Assembly: GCF_964355755.1 (NCBI RefSeq)
Contig: NC_092680.1
Location: forward strand, 12,595,045 to 12,659,044
Source: Antedon mediterranea
Lineage: Eukaryota; Animalia; Echinodermata
DNA length: 64,000 nt
Direction: 5' to 3'
Part shown: piece after piece, positions 51,075 through 64,000 of the stretch
How positions within the stretch are numbered: the stretch's first letter is position 1
Layout: every line of letters starts with the position of its first letter
Made by a program: the position numbers and the translations under genes
Notes under the pieces: generated by a model
Seen by the model: only the letters and a program-made list of their open reading frames with translations
The model's database searches: none
Told to the model about the DNA's origin: nothing

Positions 51075-53950
51075 GATTGTCGTATGCCTGAAGATTAGAC
51101 CGTAGTAGACTTGGTTGTTGAACCGTACGTGTAACCTGAATCCTTGCGAATGATGACAAAACCACGGTGTACTAGGCTATCTACTAATTTAACAGTTCAG
51201 TTCGCCCAATATTACACAAAACCTAATATCTTACACTAATCAAACACTGTCGGTAATATATAAATTATGCGGTAACGTCGGGTGACAGTTATCCGGGTGT
51301 TTAATGAGACAATTATTCCGAGTATTGCTTGTGATTGTCTAAATATTATAGTGTGATTTTGATTTTTGTTGTAAATACTACTGTAATTCAACAGTTTTTA
51401 TACTAATTGGCTTGTTGTCAACGTAAATATAAATAAATCATGCGCAGAATCAGTAAGCTCAACTTACTTCTGCGTAGTTGTCACGTGACTATTTGTTGCC
51501 AGTGGTTTACAGGGATAAGTAATTCTTTGATGACGTATTGCACTCTATCCTTATTAATTTAACAAGTCTGTATCGATAGGTGGCAGCATTTACACACATA
51601 CCGATTCTGGTAGGCCTACGCAATAAGTTATTAAACCTTTCTCCCTTGGTTGTATTCACATATTTTGTTTGCCTAAACAAAAGGTTAGCTACTTTTTCTT
51701 CTAATATGATCGAAATACAAAAAGACAATATCGATGCAATGTAACCACCGACATTCTAACTATTTCAAAGACATAACTTTTTCGCCAGAAGACCTTATTA
51801 TTATACCAAGCTGAATCAATTTCCAAATGAATGCATATATCTAGAATTTACATTTTCATACACATAAAAATAAACATCTTTTCTGTGTGTGGATATGTGC
51901 TACTTTAATCTAGGTTTACAGTCTTAAGTCTACGTAAACATGCAACACATTTTTGTGTGTGGAAAAAATTATATTACACAATAATAACATATATTTAATA
52001 AGTTGCATCAACCTCTACTGTTGATTTCTTTCTTTTGTAACCCTGAATTAACCAGAAATCAATCGTCTCAAATATTGCACCGATACTTGCTCCGAAGAAC
52101 AACCCAAGAGCACCACCAAAATCACCTGAAGAAAAAATATTACTGTAAGTTATGAACATTTTAGTTGTGTTCATCAAGAAGCAAGTTTAAAACTTTATTT
52201 GGAACATGGCCTACATTAGTGAAGATTGTAAATACAAATACAAAGTTGTCTATAGCAAATTCCTTTGTGGACTTCATTTCTAAAATTAATACTTTTTCGC
52301 TTATATATCGGATGTGGTAAGTATAGTTTGGCTGAACTCGGTCTCGAACTTGATTCGAGGAATATTGTATGTCTTTCATTCACTCTACTCCGAAATTGTG
52401 GGTGCCGTTATTGTTGTAAGTGGTGAGGACAGCTAAATGCGCACAAGTATTCGCTCTGCTTTGGTGGAGACAAACTAAGGGTTTGTTTGCGTCCACATTT
52501 TTTAATAATAAAGAAATGTGTTATTGTATTCCTTATAATGGTGTAATTTAAACAAACATTCTCAGTAAATCTCAATTGAGATAAAATGAATAATGATTTT
52601 AATTGCTCACGGTACTGTAAAAAATCAATTAATTTTGAGAAGGGATGATGATGAGTGATTTAGATATACTTGCAAATATTTGATCTAGAAATACTGTCAG
52701 ATCTTCCCCTGCTGTATTCTGGAGCGCAACAAAATAGACATTTAAAAAACAAAACCGTTGTCGTGACTTCACAGTGGGTAAGTCACACAACTCTCGGCTT
52801 ATATAACATAAAACAATGAGACATGCAAGGAGCAAGCAAGTATAGGTCGATAACATCAACTGCATTAAGCAAGAGTACAACAAACCGACAAGTATCTGCA
52901 CACAATTGAATTGCTATGAAATTAGAAATAACATGAAAGAAAACAGTAGCTTATTGCGTATTTTTATTACAGTACTTACATATGAGAGAAAATAGTTTGT
53001 ATTTTGGTTGATCAATCAGTTCTTCCACTTTCAATGTTTCAAAGTAAATATGAACTCGGGCAACATTATTTCTAAAAAAATATAGAAACATTTTAATGGT
53101 AAAGTATTTTAACGTAGATTGTATATTGTTGTATGGTTGGTGACAAATGTGAATATAGTTTTGTTGAAAATTCTATTGAAATATTTCCAAATATAAAATC
53201 CTTAAATTTATTCCAATGATATGTTAATATCTAAACTATGATGATGACATATGTTAAATACCTGTACCGTTACCTGATAAATTCTGCAGTCAATTCTAAT
53301 CTGTCGTTTTCTTGTATCAACACTTCCAACTTGTTGACAAACAGATCGTTTATATATACATACTGGTCTTTATAAATGACATCAAACATGTAATCATAAA
53401 CCTGTTCACCCATCGTGTTGTTCCAGCCTTCAAGATCATCAACCTGAGCACCACACATATTCAGCTCACTTCTTAATTCTACATCTTGACCAAATTCCCC
53501 AATGTAATATTCAGTTATATTTTTTATTTTGAAGTAAATCGACGAATTATACTCAGTTGAATACTGGGGATCGGTATATACAGAGTCTAGGAATATTTTA
53601 TTGTAAATATCCAATATAATGGTGTATTTAATACTGTATGTAAACTCGTAGAGGTACGTAAACAATGATGAACAATTCAACAGGTCATTGTGGCCGAATT
53701 GGTATTCTGGTTTTACTGTGTCCATGGCATCTCTTGTAGTATTTAGAAAGTAAAAGTACAGATCATGCAAATCTTTCTCGTATACGTCATATGAAGTAAG
53801 TAGACTGAAATAAGTAAACCAAATGATTACTAAATCGTATCTCTGATTCGTTCAAAATATGATTTGTTATTTGGTCATTGACAAAGAAGTTTTTTAGTGT
53901 TGATGAGAGTTTATTGGATTTTCCAACATTTTTCACTAAGACTGGTTATA

Positions 53951-54131
53951 AGGTTTATCACAAATAGCGTGCGCGACGCATGTTTGGAAGGGTTTTAGAG
54001 CAAACGTAACTACGCGTACGTACATGATTTCTTGTTTGTACGTACGCGTTGTGACGTTTGCTCCCAAACCCTTTCCATTATGCAATGTGCAATGACGTTC
54101 CTCGTGAAATCAAGCTATTTGCGATAAACCG
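53951..54131. mobile_element. Palindromic MITE with TA flanks in intron 8 of channel A
   Basis: ggtttatcacaaatagc / gctatttgcgataaacc ends; inner ggaagggttt..acgcgtacgtaca / tgtacgtacgcgt..aaaccctttcc. Confidence 0.75.
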
Positions 54132-57100
54132 TATCGACAATGTCTCTGTCTCTGACTACACCTCCGTGCTGGATCATGCAAGATAGACCCATGCACATCC
54201 AGGGGTCTACTTTATATTGATTCCCATCAATTTAACTAATTTACAAACCTGATATAATATCCTAAAGCCATTGCCATCATTTCTAAATCTTCTGCCACAT
54301 GCATTATATCTGCTACACCACTCGATGGATAAGCACTGAACGACATCGACGTTTTGTACACCTCTTGTATACATTCCTCCGGACAATCACATATTTCATT
54401 TCTCATACATGAAAAAATGGCTGAAACACAAATTATTTTAAACATTCGAAAAATAAACTTGTGGAACCATTGCATTGTTTAGTAATTTTATACACAGTGA
54501 ACATTTGTTATGGATGTGATGCAATAAATAAATACCTGTCGTTTTATGGGTTGGTAGTTATACAGATTGTAGGTCTATGCATATATTATTTAATGCGATG
54601 AATGTTTTGAATACTTACAGTAACTATGGTGATAACATTCAGATATTTGCTTTGGTGAACAAAATGAGATATTTCGCCCTGAAATAAGGAATTAAAAAAA
54701 TAATGGAATTTAACGTTGTGAGAGTAATGAAATGTTTTAAGATGGATACAACTTGAATATCAAACCCAGCTGAAGATACATGTTTTAGCGTATAATCAAA
54801 TTAGAAGGATGATTGCAATACTATAGTCACGTGAATTTCTCTCTTTAAATTAGATGGAATTTTTGGCCGGTTTCATCAACATTGTTATTGTTATCGTTAT
54901 TGTATTCTGAATTTATTTCGGCTTTAATTTAATCAAATATTTTTTAATGTAGTAAATAGAAGTAACTATTTATTTATTTCACCTGGTAAATAATAATTTC
55001 TGCACGAGCAATTTTGAACCATAAACTCTGATTCACATTCCATAAGACATTTATTCTGTGTATAAGGTTCACTTAAATACTTAAGCAAACGAGCGCCCTC
55101 TTCAACACATTCACCATATGGTTTAGGTAGATTAATAGTCTGTGGAAACAAATAGAGAGAAATGGTTACAACCATGGAGTAGAGAGAAATGGTTAAACCA
55201 TGGAAGAAACATGGTTTAACAGTAAATAAATTAATTGGATGTCAATCAAAGCAAACCGTTTGAGGGCGCAAAATTCCTTATAAATTTCAATCAATCAATT
55301 TCATTTATTTTAGTAATATTTTATCCATGTCAAAAAACAAAAAAAGAAAAAAATAAATATATATATACACACCATCTATAATACATATTTTGGTTATAGA
55401 GCATATGTTTGCAAACACAAGCAACAAGAATATCACAACTATTCAACATACGTTGTATGGAACTATAAATAGATTTTTGCATATACTATATAAAAGAATG
55501 GACGCCATGTTCAATAAACATCACTTTTTGTCTCAATGCTTATGGATTTTAATAGGTTGAATTGAATCGCATTACCTTAGATTTTCTAATTGCAATTTGT
55601 GTTTGCGTTCCTGGTGAAACATCAATACCAGAAGATTCTAAATCCGGAATGTCATTTTTGTTTGTCACTGAAATTCTAAATCCTATATTTTCTCTCGGAG
55701 CTGAATAATATTCGTATTGCTCTACATTTAAAATCAATGTTAACCCGTACGTCGTGCCTGAATATAAAACAAAATGTACATGTATTTAATATTTTACTGA
55801 ATGAATTTGATTCATATTATGCCTCACAGATTCTGGAACATGAAACTGAACTGTCCGAATTTAGTCCGCAGAAAAACAGATATGTTTTCTGGATGGTACT
55901 GTAAACGTTTACATGCAATACATACATTATTAGATGTATATTTTTTAATAAACAACGTTAAAAATGTTTTGATCATTTAATAATGTCGGCGCAAATCATG
56001 GAACGCCTTAATACGTCTCTTTTTTAGTGTAGCGGTTATACAGCGGCCGAAATGAGCGGTAAAAATAAACGGCGCCTGAAATCAACGGCCGCCAATATGA
56101 ATCTTACCGGTTCCATTGATAAGGTTACTAGATGGCGGGACAAATCTGTAGCATAGACCATAATTCGTTATCGTTTTCTTAAAGTCATCAGCTGTACATG
56201 GTTCTCCATTAAAATAGCATCTAGTAACACACAACAAAAAGTCAATTGTTACAAACGAAGACGAATTAGAATAGAACAGTCAATCTTATACAGCGAATAA
56301 AATATTTTGACAATTCAAAACATAAACAAAATGTAATTAAATTGTATAAACATGCTATTAGTAGTGCGATCAAAGACACTAAAGAGAAAAAAAAATTGGG
56401 ACTCAGTATCACTTACACCCTCAGCATAGATTCAATACGATGTCCGCTTCGTTCAATAAATGTCTTGACGTCACCGCCGCCTGGGAACTCATCTTCGAAC
56501 TCTAATGGAGATTCATGACTTTCTTTTATGAAACTGACTGAAGGAAACAGTGTTTTAAGATACCATAGCCCGTTAAAGTAATAGTTCGTAAGACCACCAA
56601 AGTCTTTCAATACGCTTGTTGCTCTAAAAAAGAAGGTCACTATTAGGATTTCCTCCAAAAAAAAAGCGCGGAAATAAATGGAGTCTATGGATAGCAACGG
56701 AGGTAGCAAAGTACAACTAGGCGTATACCTAGACATGTTTCTAACTTGAATGTCAACAATCAATTAGATAGTGACCAGCTGCAACATCCGGTAAAACGAA
56801 ACGAAGGGAGTGTTTAAGTTTAATATTGTGTTCAAATAATCGAAAAAGTTTTCTTCTTCTGTCAGAAATAGAAACATACTTTTCTTAAGATACTTCTTTT
56901 TATGATCACTTGAACGTAAAAATGAGTACAATACCTGAACATGTTTGCACTGCAAATGACCACGTTGGGAAATTCCTGTGGTCCTCTATACTTCTGCTGA
57001 AATTTAGTGTTTTTGTTTCAAACTCCAAGTACACATTAACAGAAGAGAACACTTGATATGTTAGAGTTACAAAGGAAACACACAACACCACCGTCCACAA

Positions 57101-57231
57101 AAGTCTGTAAACAAGTACATGAATGCCAATAAATAAATTATGGTAATTAGAAAGCATTTCTAACTAAAACCAAGAACACGTTGGTGAGTGTGATAAGTCA
57201 AAACGAATTAAAGACAGAAGTTTCTCCTTAA

Positions 57232-60200
57232 AGATGTATTGTCCCCCTGAAAAAAAAAATTTTTTCCAATATTTTTGTTGAATAGGCCATTTTAATTGCA
57301 CATAAAAGTTATTCACTTTGACCTCAATTTGGATTGAAAAAAATAATTTTTTACACGGGAAAATCGCAATTTAATGCAAAAATTAACCAACCGGAAGCTA
57401 TTTGTCTGGAAGACAAATGTGTTCCGGTTTAATTTAACCCTTGACCTGAGTTAGCTCATAAATATTCATATTGTATGGATACATCGTGTGGATGATGATG
57501 CTTTCCAAATCAACAGCCAACAACAACGATAGCAATGCATGCGTGCGAGAGAGTCGAGTAGTGATGCGAGACGAATCTTGAAGAAAACACGAAAACTATA
57601 GCTAGCAGAATGCTAAGTTAGAATTACAGTTGGTAACTTTGATGTTGAATCTTATTCATTTAGGTGAGTTTTTGTTTCGCTAACAGGAGAGGGCTAGCTA
57701 GGCCTAGGCCCGAATTTGCTGCTACTGTACTACTAGTCTACTACTACTACTAGCACTGACAGTCTCGAGTAGCCTAACTGCTGCCTACTTCTGTCTCTAG
57801 AAGTAGAGTGTAGTAGGCCTAGGCAGTACACTGCTAGCTAGGGCTACAGTAGACCACCACCAGAAGGGATGTATTTTTGTTTTAATCATGATGAATTGGT
57901 TTAATTTTTAAAGATTTCAACTATCTATTCGGCAGTGAAAATAAAAAAAATAAAAAATATCTAAATAATATTGTTTTGGATGTTTTACTGATGCAATATT
58001 TTAAAAATATTTTCTGTATCAAATGCAATAGGTTCAAATTAACATTTCGCAAATAAACATTTTATGCAGATATTTTGACACAAATTTCTTTTTTTTTTAG
58101 GTTGATTGATTGAACAATAAGAGCAAGTAGTGAGAAACATAAAATGTATCGTACAGTGGCAACATTCACAATTTATTGAAACGTTTCTTACTATTAAAAT
58201 GACACTTTGTAATGGATGTGAGCGATCTTAGAAGATTATAGCTGTCGTGATTACTGCCACAATCAACACATTGATAATTAGTAGACAAATTGACACAAAA
58301 AACAATACAGGAATTCAATAAGATATACTGTATATATATATTTTATTAACTCCTTTTGCACTGTAATATTTACAGTAAAATTATGTGTAAGTAAATTTGA
58401 AGAATTTATCCTGTGTACTGTTGTAGTAGTTTTTTTTTATTTATTGAATGTTATGTTTACAAAATAATATACTGTACATATAATACAAAAAAAATTATAC
58501 AATATTTTACAAGCTGGACAAGAACATATTGGCCGAATGCAGCAGGAGAGTCAGAAATATTTTTCCTGCAATATCCAATCATATTCCAATACCGAGTCTA
58601 TCATTGTTGTCTTTGGGTGACCTCTGTTCCAGTCTTCATCAGCTCAACGTCTTTAAAAAAAGTAAAAGCAAAGTATGAAAATCTGGAAAAAATAGATCAT
58701 GCATATTTAGTGCAAAATTGGGCTAGTGAAATTGCTTACTTTGACATAGTCAAATAAGTATATTGTACTACCTTTCTATGGTAATTAAAACACATTACTT
58801 ATAATGTTATAACTTATAAAAAGAGAAAATAAATATTTGACTTACTAATACTACAGTACAGAGAACATTTGTTTGTGTTGTAAAATGGCTAAGCTGGCTT
58901 TTCCCCTCTGTCTACTTGTACAGTGCTGCTGGAAGGTTCTCAATTTCAGGCTTGTATTGCAACCATTTTCCCTGAAAAATGTTTTGTTTTATTTTTATCA
59001 TAAAAATTAGTTAAACAAGCTTCAACTAGTAAATATATATGGTACAGCAAGCTGGCTGTATTTTCGGAATGTAGCTAAGATTGATTTTTTTTTTTTTTTA
59101 ATTTTTTTTATTTCATTTCATCACATACATAATACAAAATTAATATATAAAGGCAACGTAACTATTAAAACGATATAATAATACTCTCTCAAAAATAAGA
59201 GAGTAATGAAAATAAAGAAAAAAAAAATAATGTAGCGCAAAAATACACTTAATAATAATCATTTTGCTAATAATATGGTTGCCTTGTATTTTTGGTAAAT
59301 GTGAAATAAATGATTATAATTAAGTAATTGTTTTTTGATTTTGCAACTAAATATGTACCACTTTGTAATTAAAATTAAAATGTTTGCATCACTGTGTGTT
59401 TTTCCAAAACCAAAACATATACTTTCTTTGGTGATAATTAAGTTATTGTTGATATTTCGATACATATATTGTTTTACATTTTCCCAAATGTTCTTTACCA
59501 GATCACATTCAAAGAACATATGTAGCAGCGTTTCCTGCTTTTCCTTGCAAAAACTACACATTGGTGAATCGACCTTTGACATCTTAAAGAGCATTGTATT
59601 TGTATAAATTATACGATGAATAAATTTAAATTGAACATTTTTTAGCTTAGTGTCATTTGTACAGGCGTGTAAATTTGAGAAAAGGTTTTTCCAATTAAGT
59701 TTGTTGTCAAACTCCTTTTCCCATTTGGATTCAATTCCAATTGGCTCTTCAACATTTTTTAATATAATGTGTTTATAGACATAATGACAATTTCTCGTTT
59801 TCACAGAAATGAATGTCTGTAATTTGGATTCAACTTCATTAGTTGTGTTTATACCTTGTTCAATTAATTTCTGTTTCCAGAGCTTTGGAATTGAATTTAC
59901 AATCTGGTGATATAATAAGAAGTCTGGTTTAAAATTATATTTTTGGTTAAATTCGTCTAGTTCTAATATTTTCCCTTCTTTGTTCACGATATCTTTTACA
60001 TAGTTTACATTTTTAACCAACCAATTTTTTTCAACTTTAAATTCTCTTTTATCAAAACATGAGTTGTTCCATAAAGATTGATTTAAGATGTCCTCTATCG
60101 TATACGGTTCTACAAAATTGTATTCACTCCACGCAGAGAGTATATCTTTATGGAACCTTTCAAATTGTTTTAATATTTTTGAAGATTTAGAAAAGTTGGT

Positions 60201-61130
60201 TTCGAAAACAATATTTCCTCCAACCTCTTTAATCTTACTTTTTAAAAACACTTTCCACTTGGATTGATTTCCATCAAGATATCTTTTCACCCAACATGAT
60301 TTGAGAGATGTACAGTAACTCTTAATATGGGGAATTTTTAACCCTCCTTCGTCAAAATTGTTAAGCATGACTTTTCTTTTGACTTTATCGGGTTTTCCGT
60401 TCCATATAAATTTAAAAATTTTACTTTGAATATCTTGAAGGAAACAATCGGGTGGGTCTGGTAAATTTGAGAAAACATACGTGAATATCGGTAGCTAAGA
60501 TTGATGGCATATAGCCTAGGCCAGCCTATGAAGAGTACAATGTATAGGGCCTAGCTGGGCATCTTCTGCATGGACCCGATTGTCACAGTCTGCTTGCTAC
60601 TAGCCTAGTAATATGCAGCAGCATGTATTAATTATTCTAGGCCTAGCCCTGAACTGAAAAAATCCCACGCTAAGTTAATTAATTTACCTTCCTGTTATTA
60701 TTGCGTTATATATAATATTATTATATTTAAAATAACCGTCTAGGCCTACTTACCGACAAATTAACAGCTCAGCTTTACATATTTATACGATCAGGCCAGG
60801 GAAAAACCCACAGTCGAGTCGCGTCGATCTCTGGTGGTGGTGTTGTTGTACATACAACGTACATCGTCCATTGTTAGATCAGATCTCTGCTGTGTGGATG
60901 CTCATTAACATATCATGCATATGTATGAGTTAGCTATACCGGCCTAATTTCTGAGCCGATGAGTTCGAAAAAATGGTAAACTTATTTTGATTTTTTTATA
61001 AGCGAAATCAATTTTTTTTTCGGATTTTTTTTCGGTGGAAGTGAATAACTTTATGTTAACTACAAAACGGTCTATTCAAAATTTGATTTTTTTCATCTTT
61101 ATTTTTCATTTTTTGGGGGACAATACATCT
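57232..61130. mobile_element. Kolobok-like non-autonomous element (TTAA TSD) hosting the L1/Tx1 LINE
   Basis: ttaa|agatgtattgtccccc ... gggggacaatacatct|ttaa; subterminal agttattcactt is also mirrored. Confidence 0.78.
59086..60490 (-). mobile_element. 5'-truncated L1/Tx1-clade LINE, ORF2 C-terminus (ORF 59259-60368)
   Basis: FKFIWNGKPDKV..EGGLKIP..LWNNS..CSFCKEKQETLLHMFFEC zinc knuckle; poly(A) tail; exact 15-bp TSD gtagctaagattgat (59071-59085, 60491-60505). Confidence 0.95.
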
Positions 61131-61795
61131 TTAAATAAATTCTAAAATACAACAATCCAAAACATCTTATTTTGGTGTGGTTACTGAAAATAAAGTAGAA
61201 AATAGTTTCTGCTCAACATTAGTAAAATATTTGTTTGCGGTAGTTCCAGACGGTTGAGTAAAACTAGTAATATTGATTTATAACATTTTTGCATCATTAT
61301 TTATTAATATATTTAACCATAAATGTGAAGATACATTCCTGTCCCTCTTCCTAGCAGCTTAGGCCTATGTGTTATCTATTGTAACTGGATAACATTTATA
61401 TTTATTAAAAGATTCCTGAGATATGATTTTCTTTTCACATTGTGTATCCTATAAATACGCATGCGTATAAACCAACTCTTTCGAAGAACACTTAGTAAAG
61501 GAAACAGGGTTGGATTGCATGAATAACGGTGGTGCTTGGTAATGTCAGGGAAGATTGAAATTATTATTACTTTGGTAATGTCCAATTAGTGTATAATGAA
61601 CTCGAAATCAATGTTGATAAATTGATGGGTTGTGTACATAAGAAAATAATAATAATTGATTTACCGTTCGTATTGTTAAATAATGCATCTTGACGAAACC
61701 TACGTTTATATATAATTTATAAGCGTCACAAAAGATTTGTTAAAAAAAAGAAGCTTTATCATAAGAAACAATTTCGACATCATTAAAACACAGTT

Positions 61796-61966
61796 GCCGT
61801 ATTCACCAATCACACTTAGGCTAAAGGAAACACTTACCCTTACAATTGAAAAAAATCTCCTATCTAAGTAAATACCATTTAAGGGAAATACTTTATTTAT
61901 TGAGTTAAGTGAAATACTTAATAGTTAAGGGAAATATCGCACTTAAGTGTGATTGGTGAATACGGC
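61796..61966. mobile_element. Short MITE
   Basis: gccgtattcaccaatcacactta / taagtgtgattggtgaatacggc inverted ends. Confidence 0.7.
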
Positions 61967-62794
61967 CACATAATCTTTGTTGCTAGCCAAACATCTCCTT
62001 CATAATACTTAATATAGGGCATTTCTTTATGGCAAATATTTCAAAAATTGGGAACCTTATATCAAAGGTGATTAAAATTTAATACGCTGTACAAGAAAGG
62101 TAAATAGTGTTCTTTCGATCACCGTCCACATAATGCACCTGAAAAGCTATTGATTTCATTTGTTCTTTATTGTTTTATAAGAATATTGAATTTAGTACTG
62201 TTTATGAAGAAACACATATTTGTTATTCTGAGATATGATATTGAAATGAAATTTTGAATATTGAATGAAAGTCGTGCGTGACATCACATTCACTCTTTCT
62301 TCATTCCACTGTAAAAAAGAATTAAACTATCTGCTATATTATTATGGTATTATTCTTATTCTTCTTATTATTACAATTACAGTTACCCATATTAAGAGGA
62401 CACCCAATACATTGTCCCTTTTTATAGTAGTCATAATCTACTGAAATATATACTTTTTTTCAGTCGAATAAAATATAGAAACAAAATGTGAGACAATAGA
62501 AACATACATACAAGAATAAATAAAAAATTAAGATATCTGATTCATAGCATTCATATTCATATATAATTTATTGTGATGTACGTGTAAGTATGCAATGGAA
62601 TAGTAACTGCTCAAAGAACAATATACTGGTTATATGAATTATTTATACCGATTTCTTTATTTCAACAATAAATATTATATAAGGGTAGTCCATCCAGCCG
62701 AAGATGATCACTCTCTCCTTCATCATTGATGGTTATTCAACAATGTATTTTTCCCTTGTGTTTGTATATATCAGTGAAGAGTGAAATTACACTT

Positions 62795-63156
62795 GTAATA
62801 ATAATAATTTATTGTTTTCTTTTTGCAGCCGAGGCGCAATTCTTTACAGATTGAAATTTATATTTATACTGGGTAACCTCTTCAGTCAAAGACTGGTCTC
62901 CCAGAGGGCCCAGTTGGTGATCAGTGGCTGTGATGTACTAATACACCGGGGTAACCCCCTACTCGTCTCGAAAGATGTACTAGGTTCTTTAAAGTGCACA
63001 CGAGCTAGATGTGTACACTGGACCTACGGTTTATAGTCCTTATCCGAGAAGACTCGTTCTACCACCAGAACCATGGAGTGAGTGAGCCTCGAACTGATGT
63101 TATGGCTACGTAATTACGGTTCCACTGTCTTAACCGCTCGGCCACTCACTCACTCA
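62795..63156 (-). mobile_element. tRNA-headed Deu-domain SINE
   Basis: Head gtggccgagcggttaagac...gttcgag. Central ggataaggactataaaccgtaggtcc...ttaaagaacc...ttcgagacgagtagggg..accccggtgt resembles the Deu domain as recalled from AmnSINE1/SINE3. (ATT)n tail. Confidence 0.75.
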
Positions 63157-64000
63157 TACCATAGATGTGGAAACAAAAATAAGTACATACATAATAAGAA
63201 TTAACATAAAATAATAGTTAACACGTTATGAAATTGTAAGTAAGTAAGGAGAAATAATACAAAGTTGTGTCATGTAATAATACTATAATACTTTTATAAG
63301 GTTTCATTTCGCTCATTTCTATGCAGTTTTAACAATTTACAATATTTGCCAAAGATTATAGTTGTAAGTTTACTCTTCCCTGGTATTATATACATATGGA
63401 CAGTTTGTTCGATATAAAAGTTGAATTGAATTAGTGGTCCTTACAGAACAAACTTTTGGGTGCATAATACATTTGATAACACGAAATAAAATGAAATGCT
63501 CACCTTCGGCTCCACCTGTTACCTGTAGTGATGTTTTTTATTCCGTGAATAGATGTATTTTCTCCAAATATTTGCAATCGGTCATTTGGAGGCGGCGGAT
63601 TCCCTTCGGCTTCTTTGGCTTTTTCTCCCATGATCTCGCTGTTTACTTGCATGATGTTTTATGTATGTTATGTCAGGAGCGTAGATACAGCATCTGGAGT
63701 CTGAGCTGCTATTGTAGCATAGACATGCTTTAAATTCAATACCAATGTTGTTATAACGAGGTTGGTTTAATTTAGCTAAATTGTAAAATCGATTGTTTAA
63801 TCACACGTGACATTTTCCATGGTTATATATTATTCAACAGTTCTGTTATAGACCAATTACAATGCAAAATCAAACATAGTGCAGTAATTGATCAACTTGT
63901 ATACTCGATATCTCAATTATACCAAAGTTTTGTGGCACATTTATCGAAACAATTAATTGAATAATTATTAAAATTCCAGCACCGATGTTAGAGGGCAACA

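Larger units (their letters stand above)
51995..63652 (-). pseudogene. DEG/ENaC channel paralog A, close to B; frameshifted as assembled (pseudogene or sequencing error)
   Basis: Exons: 63504-63652 (MQVNSE...NTSIHGIKN), 56935-57104 (170 nt versus 168 in B and C), 56417-56623, 56108-56220, 55576-55757, 54983-55139, 54619-54678, 54249-54420, 53274-~53842, 52980-53071, 51995-52125 (CDFGGALGLFFGAS). Confidence 0.8.

Overview
AT-rich, intron- and transposon-dense animal DNA. A Deu-domain SINE and the gene style suggest an invertebrate deuterostome, possibly an echinoderm (inference). All four host genes lie head-to-tail on the minus strand. (1) A two-exon ADP/ATP carrier (SLC25A4/5/6 family) with substitutions in normally invariant residues. 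(2-4) Three tandem 11-exon DEG/ENaC (ASIC/BASIC-like) channel paralogs, reconstructed by hand from splice sites. Copy B (27427-51074) has an uninterrupted 701-aa frame. Copy A (51995-63652) has a 2-nt frameshift in exon 2 and damage at the start of exon 9. Copy C (4827-25987) has exon 8 split by a 7.9-kb Academ-like transposon and no detectable exon 4. All three carry an extra, frame-symmetric exon 9 encoding about 170-230 aa of unrecognised sequence in the knuckle region of the ectodomain; this is the most novel-looking feature. Introns hold nested DNA transposons (Academ-, MULE-, P-, Kolobok-, Harbinger-, Tc1-like), Helitron/Helentron derivatives, L2, L1/Tx1 and Penelope fragments, SINEs, a minimal hammerhead ribozyme motif and four minisatellites. 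No CRISPR, rRNA or real tRNA genes were found. Family assignments rest on recalled motifs, not database searches.
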